From Acidimicrobiaceae bacterium (GTDB taxonomy: Bacteria; Actinomycetota; Acidimicrobiia; Acidimicrobiales; Aldehydirespiratoraceae), in the NCBI GenBank assembly GCA_009844405.1, contig VYBO01000022.1, positions 33,878-97,877 of the forward strand: a stretch of DNA of 64,000 nucleotides, read 5' to 3'. Below the pieces are notes generated by a model. The model was not told the origin of the DNA and searched no databases. It saw only the letters and a program-made list of their open reading frames with translations. This document shows, piece after piece, positions 27,015 through 34,479 of the stretch (its first letter is position 1; every line of letters starts with the position of its first letter). The translations under genes were made by a program, and so were the position numbers.

Positions 27015-27956
27015 CTAGAGCTGCTGTTCGATCTGGTGGAGCACCTCGTAGCAGGGCAGCACCGAGGCCGCGCCGGCGACCGGCTCGCGGTCCTCGGCGA
27101 TGGCCGCGATGAAGTCGCGGTCCTGGAGCTCGATGCCGTTCATCGAGACGTCCACGCCGGACACGTCGACGGGCTCGTCGTCGCCGCTGACGAGATCGTC
27201 GTAGCGGGCGATGTAGGTCCCGGTGTCGCCGATGTAGCGGAAGAACGTGCCGAAGGGCCCGTCGTTGTTGAACGACAGCGCCAGCGTGCACAACTGGCCG
27301 GCCCCGGTCTGCAACTGGATCGACATGTCCATGGCGATGCCGAGTTCGGGGTGGATCGGCCCTTGCACCGCCTGGGCCGCTACGACCGGGCTGCCGGTCT
27401 GGTACTGGAACAGGTCGACGGTGTGGGCGGCGTGGTGCCACAGAAGGTGGTCGGTCCAGCTGCGGGGCTCGCCCAGGGCGTTGGTGTTGGTTCGGCGGAA
27501 GAAGAAGGTCTGCACATCCAGGTGCTGGATCGAGAAGTCACCGGCCTGGATGCGGTTGCGCACCCATTGGTGGCTGGGGTTGAACCGGCGGGTGTGCCCG
27601 CAGGCGGCCACCTTGCCCGAGCGTCGCTGGGCTTCGACGACGGCCCGCCCGTCGGCCAGGTTGTCGCACAGTGGGATCTCGACCTCGACGTGCTTGCCGG
27701 CCTCCAGGCAGGCGATGGCCTGCTCCGCGTGCACGGGTGTGGGCGTCGCCAGGATCACCGCGTCGACGCCGTCGTCGGCCAGCACCGCGTCGAGGTTGGT
27801 CTCGACCCGCTCTATGCCGCGGGACTCCGCAGCCTTGCGGGCTGCAGCCTCGACGGGATCGACGACGGCGACCACATCGGCTCCGGGGATCGACGCCAGC
27901 CCGTCCAGGTGCTTGTTCCCGAAGGCGCCCGCACCGGCCACCGCCACCCTCACCAT
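27015..27956 (-). CDS. Gfo/Idh/MocA oxidoreductase, likely 4-carboxy-2-hydroxymuconate-6-semialdehyde dehydrogenase (LigC-like)
   Basis: MVRVAVAGAGAFGNKHL Rossmann N-terminus, EIPL motif; divergent from ligAB. Confidence 0.75.
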   Translation of the reverse strand: MVRVAVAGAGAFGNKHLDGLASIPGADVVAVVDPVEAAARKAAESRGIERVETNLDAVLADDGVDAVILATPTPVHAEQAIACLEAGKHVEVEIPLCDNLADGRAVVEAQRRSGKVAACGHTRRFNPSHQWVRNRIQAGDFSIQHLDVQTFFFRRTNTNALGEPRSWTDHLLWHHAAHTVDLFQYQTGSPVVAAQAVQGPIHPELGIAMDMSIQLQTGAGQLCTLALSFNNDGPFGTFFRYIGDTGTYIARYDDLVSGDDEPVDVSGVDVSMNGIELQDRDFIAAIAEDREPVAGAASVLPCYEVLHQIEQQL

Positions 27957-28051
27957 CTCGCACCCCTTCCCGTGCTGCCGGGTCCGGCGGGGAGGATTCC
28001 CACAATCCCGCCGAACTCTGGCATCCTCTTCGCGGCGCCCAGCGGGCGTCT

Positions 28052-28077
28052 GCCGAGCAGTATGGCCGAGCAGTATG
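28052..28077 (+). repeat. Perfect 13-bp tandem repeat GCCGAGCAGTATG x2 in the ligC/ligA divergent promoter
   Basis: 28052-28064 and 28065-28077 are identical; 36 nt upstream of the ligA ATG. Confidence 0.9.
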
Positions 28078-28112
28078 TCGGTCCGCCCTACCGGTACCAA
28101 AAGCGGAGCACC

Positions 28113-28520
28113 ATGGCCCTCGACAAGCCCTATCTCGACGTCCCGGGGACCACCGTCTTCGACACCGACCAGGCCGCGAAGGGATACCACCTCAACCAGT
28201 TCGCCATGTCCCTCATGAGGGCCGAGAACCGCGAGCGGTTCAAGGCCGACCCCGACGCCTGTCTCGACGAGTGTCCCATGACCGGCGAGCAGAAGCAGGC
28301 CGTGCGCGACCGCGACTTCAACCGCATGATCGAACTCGGCGGCAACATCTACTTCCTGGCCAAGATCGGCGCGACCGACGGGCTCGACTACGTGCAGATC
28401 GTCAGTTCGATGACCGAGAACGACGCCGACGCCCACACCGAGATGATGCTGAACGGCGGCCGCTCGCCCGACGGCAACCGCTACCTCCACGAGTGGCAGC
28501 ACGAGCGCGAGCGTGACTAG
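28113..28520 (+). CDS. ligA: Protocatechuate 4,5-dioxygenase alpha subunit (LigA family)
   Basis: GYHLNQFAMSLMRAENRERFKAD ... GGNIYFLAKI is a LigA-domain pattern. GGAG lies 6 nt upstream of the ATG. Confidence 0.85.
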   Translation: MALDKPYLDVPGTTVFDTDQAAKGYHLNQFAMSLMRAENRERFKADPDACLDECPMTGEQKQAVRDRDFNRMIELGGNIYFLAKIGATDGLDYVQIVSSMTENDADAHTEMMLNGGRSPDGNRYLHEWQHERERD

Positions 28521-28642
28521 GTGAGAGCCCTACGCTCCGCATCGGTGTGTCACTCCCGCTCTTGTTCGCTTCGCTCACGGGCCGCTCGGGCCACGGCCTC
28601 GCCCGTGCGGGCCCGGGTCGGCCCGCGGTTCCGCTCGGCCTC
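28503..28642 (-). mobile_element. MITE/REP-like element, copy C (long form) in the ligA-ligB spacer
   Basis: GAGCGCGAGCG ... core CCCGCTCTTGTTCGCTTCGCTCACGGGCCGCTCGGGCCACGGCCTCGC ... GGTTCCGCTCGGCCTC. It overlaps the last 6 codons (including the stop) of ligA. Confidence 0.65.
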
Positions 28643-28654
28643 AGGGCGCTGACC

Positions 28655-29515
28655 ATGGCCAGGATCACCGCAAGCGTCTACACCAGCCATGTGCCCGCCA
28701 TAGGCGTGGCCATGGACCTCGGCAGGACGGAGACGCCCTACTACGCGCCGCTGTTCGCCGGATACAGGCCCGCACGCGAGTGGATGGCGGACAACACGCC
28801 CGACGTCGTGGTGCTGGTCTTCAACGACCACGCCAACGCGTTCAGCCTCGAGATGGTGCCCACCTTCGCGCTCGGCATGTCGGCGCGGTACGAGCCCGCC
28901 GACGAGGGCTGGGGCGCCCGGCCGGTGCCTCCCGTCGTCGGGCATCCGGCGCTGTCGGCCCACATAGCGCACTCCGTCATCCGGGAGGACTTCGACCTGA
29001 CGCTGGTCAACGACATGCCTGTCGACCATGGCTGCACGGTGCCCCTGTCGATCATGTTCGGGCAGCCCGACGCGTGGCCGTGTCGCGTCGTGCCGCTGGT
29101 CGTGAACGTGGTGCAGTACCCCGTTCCCTCCGGGCGTCGCTGCCTGGAGCTCGGCAAGGCCATACGCCGGGCCGTCGAGAGATTCGACGAGGACCTGGAC
29201 GTGCAGGTATGGGGCACCGGCGGCATGAGCCACCAGCTCCAGGGGCCGCGGGCCGGCCTCATCAACCAGCCGTGGGACAACCGGTTCCTCGATCGGATGG
29301 TCGACGATCCCGAGGGCCAGGCGGAGGTGGAGCACGTCGAGTACGTGCGCGAGGCGGGATCGGAGGGGATCGAGCTCGTCATGTGGCTGGTGGCCCGGGG
29401 CGCCATGGCCGACCTCGCCGGCGGCGGCGCACCCACCGAGGTCCACCGTCTGTACCACGTGCCCGCCAGCAACACCGCGGTCGGCCAGCTCGTCCTCGAG
29501 GACGCCCCGGCCTGA
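28655..29515 (+). CDS. ligB: Protocatechuate 4,5-dioxygenase beta subunit (LigB, class III extradiol dioxygenase)
   Basis: 286 aa; ARITASVYTSHVPAIG ... FNDHANAF ... VDHGCTVPL ... GTGGMSHQL. Confidence 0.9.
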   Translation: MARITASVYTSHVPAIGVAMDLGRTETPYYAPLFAGYRPAREWMADNTPDVVVLVFNDHANAFSLEMVPTFALGMSARYEPADEGWGARPVPPVVGHPALSAHIAHSVIREDFDLTLVNDMPVDHGCTVPLSIMFGQPDAWPCRVVPLVVNVVQYPVPSGRRCLELGKAIRRAVERFDEDLDVQVWGTGGMSHQLQGPRAGLINQPWDNRFLDRMVDDPEGQAEVEHVEYVREAGSEGIELVMWLVARGAMADLAGGGAPTEVHRLYHVPASNTAVGQLVLEDAPA

Positions 29516-29592
29516 GCGGTCTGCTGACCTCGATGTCGAGAGGTCGTGCCGCTCGGGCACTCCGCCCGCCGGATCGGCCAACCGCTACAGGG

Positions 29593-29700
29593 GGCGGAGG
29601 GATCCAGTCTCATTGTCGTTGCTGGTGGGTGATCCCGGACTGGCTCGCCACCAACACCGACCTTGGCGGAGGGATCCAGTCTCATTGTCGTTGCTGGTGG
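29593..29700. repeat. 36-bp perfect direct repeat x2 separated by a 36-bp spacer
   Basis: GGCGGAGGGATCCAGTCTCATTGTCGTTGCTGGTGG at 29593-29628 and 29665-29700; spacer 29629-29664. Confidence 0.9.
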
Positions 29701-29710
29701 TGCTGAACAG

Positions 29711-29726
29711 GGGCCGTCCACGGCCC
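29711..29726. terminator. GC-rich hairpin GGGCCG-TCCA-CGGCCC (no U-tract)
   Basis: Perfect 6-bp stem. On the minus strand it follows the small ORF that ends at 29735. Confidence 0.3.
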
Positions 29727-29734
29727 ATAAGGGC

Positions 29735-29881
29735 TCAGGCCTCGATTGTTCGCGCGCTCACCCCGAGTGTGCGGGCGGCGTCCATTAGCGCTTCGTTGCG
29801 GTCGGCGGGGGCTAGGCATATCTCGGCGTCGAGGACGCGTGCCGCGGCGATTGCTTCCAGCGACAGCAGGTTCAGCCGCAA
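29735..29881 (-). CDS. Possible 48-aa HTH peptide or gene remnant (TTG start)
   Basis: MRLNLLSLEAIAAARVLDAEICLAPADRNEALMDAARTLGVSARTIEA. The ending LGVSARTI resembles an HTH recognition segment. Below the ORF-track size cutoff. Confidence 0.2.
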   Translation of the reverse strand: MRLNLLSLEAIAAARVLDAEICLAPADRNEALMDAARTLGVSARTIEA

Positions 29882-29926
29882 TCCACCGCCGCCTCAGAGT
29901 TTACGACGGGTGTGAGCCGCTCTGGG

Positions 29927-30655
29927 TTAGATGTTGAGGAGTGGGCCGATCTCCCGGAGGCGGGCGCGCCGTAGTCGGTAGTCGGGCACGGCCTGGGCGA
30001 CCACCCCCCAGTACTCGGGCGTGTGGCCGCGGACGCGCAGGTGCGCCAACTCGTGGGCGATCACGTAGTCGAGAAGGGCGGGCGGGGCCATGACGGCACG
30101 CCAGTTGAAGCGAAGCGTGCCGTCCGGAGCGCAACTCGCCCAGCGGCGGCGCTGATCGCGGATGAGGACAGCCTTCGGCTGCGCGCCGAGAAGGCTCGCA
30201 ATCCGCTCGACACGCGGCGGAAGCTTCTTCGAGGCACGGTCGCGGTACCACGCTTCGAATGCGGCCCGCACCTTCTCGAGCCGTTCCTCGCCTTGGAGAG
30301 AGCGAGGGACGTCAACGTCGAACTCCCAATGGTGGAAACTGACGGCGACTCTGGCGTCGTCGGTGGGGTGCACGGTGAGACGCACCGATCGGCCGAGGTA
30401 GGGAAGGGACTCGCCGCTGACGAACCGGCGAGGCGGTGCGCCCGCCGCGGCCGCGCCGTCTTGGCGGATGATCCAACCGGCGCGGCGGCGCACGGTCTCC
30501 TCGACTTGCTCCGCGGGTGTGTCGACAGGTGCCGCCACCCTGACGACACCGGGCGCATCGACGGTCAGCTCGATCGTCTTGCGCCGCCTCGGGCTGCGGA
30601 CAACCTGGTACTTGATCCGGGCGTCGCCGAAGACGATCTCCCCCCGCTCTGTCAC
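29927..30655 (-). CDS. YgjP-like metal-dependent hydrolase (DUF45/M48-like zinc peptidase)
   Basis: HEXXH in VIAHELAHLRVRGHTPEYW. Overlaps the hsdR stop by 4 nt; this family typically follows hsdR. Confidence 0.85.
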   Translation of the reverse strand: MTERGEIVFGDARIKYQVVRSPRRRKTIELTVDAPGVVRVAAPVDTPAEQVEETVRRRAGWIIRQDGAAAAGAPPRRFVSGESLPYLGRSVRLTVHPTDDARVAVSFHHWEFDVDVPRSLQGEERLEKVRAAFEAWYRDRASKKLPPRVERIASLLGAQPKAVLIRDQRRRWASCAPDGTLRFNWRAVMAPPALLDYVIAHELAHLRVRGHTPEYWGVVAQAVPDYRLRRARLREIGPLLNI

Positions 30656-33600
30656 GCCAGCCTCTTGCGGGCCATCTCCATCACCTGGCGGGCCAGCTCC
30701 TCGACTTCGCCCTCGCCGTAAGGACCGGCACGCAGGCGGCGCTTGATGTCGCGCCGCACCTCGCGCTGGCTCTCGAGGTTCTCGTGCCAGTCGATCAAGG
30801 ACTGGAGCCGTTGAACGATCACCTCGATGTCGAGGGCCATCTCCTTCACCTTGGCGTCGATGTCGGCGGGTTGGAACTCCATGTGCTCCGATGCTGCGGG
30901 TGAGGAGCCGCTGGGGTCGCCTGCCTCAGCGCGTTTGCGGTCCAGCAGGCCGTACACCGCGTAGGACATCGGTGAGAGGCCCTGATCCGCAGCGAAGGCC
31001 TCCTCTTTGGTGACCTGCCCACGCAGCGCGGCCATGCGCTTGCAGCCCTCGGCCGCGTCGATCACCTTGGCCCGCAGCTCTCCGATGATGCGGGCGAGCG
31101 CCTCAGAGAGCCTCTCGTAGAGGGCGGGATTCTCTGCGACCCGCTCGTTGATCTGCGCCCGCAGCGCGTGCTCCATCAGCGAGGCCCGTGCCTCGTCGTG
31201 GGGCAGGCTCTCGATCTTCTGCTCGAAGTCGCGGTCGAGGATGGAGACGGGTGCCATCAGCCATCGGACGCCGGCGTCGATGCGGGTGTCGATCAGATGC
31301 TTGACCTTCGCGCCGACGGCGGTCCAGTCGATGTCGGCCCGCTCCCGCAGGAACTGGGCTCGCGCGTAGGACCGGATGACGGTGAGGCGGCGCAGACGGT
31401 CGAGATAGACGAGCGCCGCCGGGTCGGGCAGGTAACGGTCCATCAGCTTCGAGAAGTCGCCGTATTCGCGGTCGAACCGTTCATAGGCGTCAGCCTTGTA
31501 GTCACCCTCGGTGGCCGCGTCCGCGGCAAACTGGCTCACACATGACCACGGGTCGTCGAGGTCGCGACCGCGGAAGTGGGCTTCGGCGCGGTCGGCGGCA
31601 GCCTGAATCACGGGACCCGGATCCTCCAGCTCGGAGAGCGCCTGCTGGACGTCGCCGTCCTCAAAGACGGCGAGGGCGTCCTCAAGCTCGCGTGACACGC
31701 CGTGGTAGTCGACCACGAGCCCGTGGTGCTTCTCCGTCACGACGCCGTTCCTACGGTGCGAGAATCGGCGGTTCACACGGGCGATGGCTTGCAGCAGCGT
31801 GTGTTCCCGGATGGAGCGGTCGAGGTAGAGGACCTGCTCGACGGGCGCGTCGAAACCCGTGATGAGCTTGTCGACCACCACCAGGATCTGCGGCTCGCCG
31901 TCGGGGTCGATGAAGTCCTCGACGATCTTGTCTTGGTCGAGCTCCCTGGCTCGGGCGAACTCGGGGCCGTCGTTGTGGGAGGTGGTGATGATCGGGTAGG
32001 CGGACAGAGCGAAGTCGTTGAGATGCCGCTCGTAGCTCAGCGCGGCGGCGCGGCTCGCGGTTACGACCTGGGCCTTGAAGCCGTTCGGCTGGACCTTCTT
32101 GGCGAAGTGCTCGGAGATGTCGAGCGCGATCTGCTCAATGCGCTTGGCTGCCTCCGCGATGCGCTCCTTGCTGGCGAAGCGTCGCCGGATCTCGGTGCGC
32201 GTCGCTTCGGGTTCGTCGCCGAAGAGCGCCTCGAACAGCCGGTCGAGCGTCTGCGGGCCTTCGATGTGCAGGTCGGGGAGCCGGGCCTCGTAGTAGATGG
32301 GGACCGTAGTGCGGTCCTCGACGGACTGCGGGATGGTGTAGGAGTCGATCAGGTCGCCGAACACTCCCAGTGTCGTCCGCCGGAAGCCCTTGTCGATGGG
32401 GGTGCCGGTGAAGCCGACGAAGGTGGCCTGCGGCATAGCCGCTCGCATCTTCGCGGCGAGGCGCCCGTACTGCGTGCGGTGGGCCTCGTCGACCATCACG
32501 ATGACGTTGTCGGCGTCGTTGAGCCAGGTGCGTGCGCCGGCGGGAGCGTTCAGCACGTCCTCGAACTTCTGGATGGTGGTCATGATGGTGCGGCCGTTGT
32601 TGGTCTGGAGCAGCTCGCGGAGGCGCCGGGTGGTATTGGCCCGCTCGGGCACGTCGACCGCGGACTGCTGGAAGGTCCTGGTGATCTGCCGGTCGAGCTG
32701 GGTGCGGTCGGTGACGGCGACGATGGTGGGGTTGCGCAGGGCGGGCGTGCGCCGCAGCTTCGTGGCCAGCCACAGCATCGTCAGCGACTTGCCGGAGCCC
32801 TGAGTGTGCCAGACGACCCCGCCGCGCTCGGCCGGCGTGCGGCCCCGCACGATGCGGTCGAGGGCGCGGGTCACGGCCCGGTACTGCTGGTAGCGAGGCA
32901 GCTTCTTGATGAGCCGTCCCTGTTCGTGCTCGTAGACCACGAAGTCACGCAGGATGTCGAGCAAGACCGTGGGATTGAGCAGGCCGGCGATGAGCCGCGC
33001 CTGACCGTCGGGAGGCGTGCCGAGTCGGTGTTCGAAGTCGCTCTCGGTGAAGGGCTCGATCGACGTCCAGCCGGTGTAGGCGTTCTGAGGCGCGCCGACG
33101 GCTCCGAAGTGGGCGTCGGCGCCGCAGTTGGCGACGCACAGCAGATTGGTGTCGAAGAGCTCGGGAGCGCCCGTGCCGTGCCACTCCGGACCGGCCTCCT
33201 GGTAGCGGTGCAGCTGCTTGACGGCCTGCTCCTTCCAGATCTCCAGCAGCGTCGGCGACTTGGCCTCCATGACCACGAGCGGTATGCCGTTCACGAACAG
33301 CACCAAGTCCGGCTTGACGACCCGCTCGTCGTTCTCGCCGGCGCGCGGTTTGCCGCGCTCGCTGCCACGGCGCACCCGGAACTGCGTGGTGACGACGTAC
33401 TCGTTCAGTCCCACGCCAGGTTCGGGGTGCTCGAAGTCGAAGAAGCGCACGGTGGGCGTCTCCTGGCGGCCACCCCGGTCGACGGTGAGGGGCATGCCGT
33501 GCGACAGGTACTCATGGACGGCCTGGTTGCGGGCCAGGCCGGTGGCATCAATGTGCTGCAGATTGAAGATGACCCGTTGCGCCTGGTCGTCGGTCATCCA

Positions 33601-33693
33601 AGGATTGAGACGCTTGAGAGCCGCTGTGAGCCGACCGGCCAGCAGCACATCCCGCTCGTCGTCGCGCTCCTGTGCCAGCGTCTCCCGCGGCAC
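30652..33693 (-). CDS. hsdR: Type I restriction enzyme R subunit (conserved N-terminus continues upstream to about 33776 without a canonical start)
   Basis: 1013 aa; VVWHTQGSGKSLTM Walker A, VMVDEAHRTQYG DEAH box, QAIARVNR motif VI. Confidence 0.95.
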   Translation of the reverse strand: MPRETLAQERDDERDVLLAGRLTAALKRLNPWMTDDQAQRVIFNLQHIDATGLARNQAVHEYLSHGMPLTVDRGGRQETPTVRFFDFEHPEPGVGLNEYVVTTQFRVRRGSERGKPRAGENDERVVKPDLVLFVNGIPLVVMEAKSPTLLEIWKEQAVKQLHRYQEAGPEWHGTGAPELFDTNLLCVANCGADAHFGAVGAPQNAYTGWTSIEPFTESDFEHRLGTPPDGQARLIAGLLNPTVLLDILRDFVVYEHEQGRLIKKLPRYQQYRAVTRALDRIVRGRTPAERGGVVWHTQGSGKSLTMLWLATKLRRTPALRNPTIVAVTDRTQLDRQITRTFQQSAVDVPERANTTRRLRELLQTNNGRTIMTTIQKFEDVLNAPAGARTWLNDADNVIVMVDEAHRTQYGRLAAKMRAAMPQATFVGFTGTPIDKGFRRTTLGVFGDLIDSYTIPQSVEDRTTVPIYYEARLPDLHIEGPQTLDRLFEALFGDEPEATRTEIRRRFASKERIAEAAKRIEQIALDISEHFAKKVQPNGFKAQVVTASRAAALSYERHLNDFALSAYPIITTSHNDGPEFARARELDQDKIVEDFIDPDGEPQILVVVDKLITGFDAPVEQVLYLDRSIREHTLLQAIARVNRRFSHRRNGVVTEKHHGLVVDYHGVSRELEDALAVFEDGDVQQALSELEDPGPVIQAAADRAEAHFRGRDLDDPWSCVSQFAADAATEGDYKADAYERFDREYGDFSKLMDRYLPDPAALVYLDRLRRLTVIRSYARAQFLRERADIDWTAVGAKVKHLIDTRIDAGVRWLMAPVSILDRDFEQKIESLPHDEARASLMEHALRAQINERVAENPALYERLSEALARIIGELRAKVIDAAEGCKRMAALRGQVTKEEAFAADQGLSPMSYAVYGLLDRKRAEAGDPSGSSPAASEHMEFQPADIDAKVKEMALDIEVIVQRLQSLIDWHENLESQREVRRDIKRRLRAGPYGEGEVEELARQVMEMARKRLA

Positions 33694-33773
33694 ATACGAC
33701 CAGCCGAGCCGCTCCAGCAGTTCGAGGGCAGGCTTCTCGGCCAGGTTGAACTCGTCAAGCCTTGCGGTCCCAG

Positions 33774-34157
33774 CTATGGCTGTTCCTCCTCCAAGAGCCG
33801 CTTGGCCTGCACCAGCAAGTCGGGAAGGTCGGTCTGAATGATGTCCCAGATCACATCGTCATCGAGTCCCAGGTAGGCGTGCGCCAATCGATTCCGGGTT
33901 GCGATCACCTGTCGCCACTTGATCTGAGGATTCGCCTCGCGAACCTCGTTAGGAACATGAGTCGCGGCCTCTCCGATGAGTTGGAGGTTTCTCAGCGTGG
34001 CATCGTATGTGCGCCCGTCGGACGTGAAGGCGTCCTGTTCAAAGCCATCGGTGTACCTGACGACTCGCAGGGCGAAATCAATCATGTCCTGAATGTAGAG
34101 CCTCCAGTGACGAGCCTTCTCGCGAGCGTCAGACATCGATGGCCTCTCGCTCAACAT
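33774..34157 (-). CDS. hepT: HepT (DUF86, HEPN RNase) type VII toxin
   Basis: Rx4HxY HEPN motif in ATRNRLAHAYLGLD; 127 aa; overlaps the MNT gene. Confidence 0.85.
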   Translation of the reverse strand: MLSERPSMSDAREKARHWRLYIQDMIDFALRVVRYTDGFEQDAFTSDGRTYDATLRNLQLIGEAATHVPNEVREANPQIKWRQVIATRNRLAHAYLGLDDDVIWDIIQTDLPDLLVQAKRLLEEEQP

Positions 34158-34479
34158 ACGGACGGAGTTCGGCGCGTAGTGCCTTGTCGGTCACAAGGTC
34201 CACACGCCGACCCAGCAAATCCTCGAGATAGAACTGAACCCCAAAGTAGGCCCGAGATGTCGTCGGCCCGTCGAACCGCACGAGAAGGTCAAGATCGCTA
34301 CCGGCGCTCGCCTGATCCCGCGCCACCGAACCGAACAGTGAGATGCTGATGACGCCGAACCGCTCGGCCAGCGTTGCCTTATGCGCCCGCAGTGCTTCTA
34401 GGACTTGATCCCTCCCGAGTTGGTCCACAGGCCTACTTCTTTCGTTGATCCACTCGCACACGTCCCGTGAGTAGCGCAT
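34129..34479 (-). CDS. mntA: MNT minimal nucleotidyltransferase antitoxin
   Basis: SLFGSVARDQASAGSDLDLLV (GSx10DxD). Likely GTG start at 34428, just after the hsdS stop. Confidence 0.85.
   Translation of the reverse strand: MRYSRDVCEWINERSRPVDQLGRDQVLEALRAHKATLAERFGVISISLFGSVARDQASAGSDLDLLVRFDGPTTSRAYFGVQFYLEDLLGRRVDLVTDKALRAELRPYVEREAIDV

Noticed and set aside
28547-28610. Recurrent peptide motif LLFA(S/A)[10 protein letters not shown], and its reverse-strand forms [13 protein letters not shown] and [14 protein letters not shown], at the start of many tracked ORFs. It could look like a shared signal peptide or protein family.
   Set aside because: It is the translation of the dispersed DNA repeat core in intergenic positions. 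The true gene starts (uvrB, hpt, ligB and others) lie downstream of it.
29593-29628. The repeat as a duplicated att site derived from the tRNA-Leu 3' end (GCGGAGGGATCC versus CCGGAGAGGGATTCGAACC).
   Set aside because: Similarity is limited to about a dozen bases with gaps, and the T-arm cannot be reconstructed. No integrase is present. A real alignment would be needed to support it.
29593-29700. A CRISPR array call for the 36/36/36 repeat-spacer-repeat.
   Set aside because: There are only two repeats and no convincing third, degenerate repeat. No cas genes or leader are present in the window. The spacer is partly complementary to the repeat, which is atypical for an acquired spacer. It is kept as an unexplained repeat instead.
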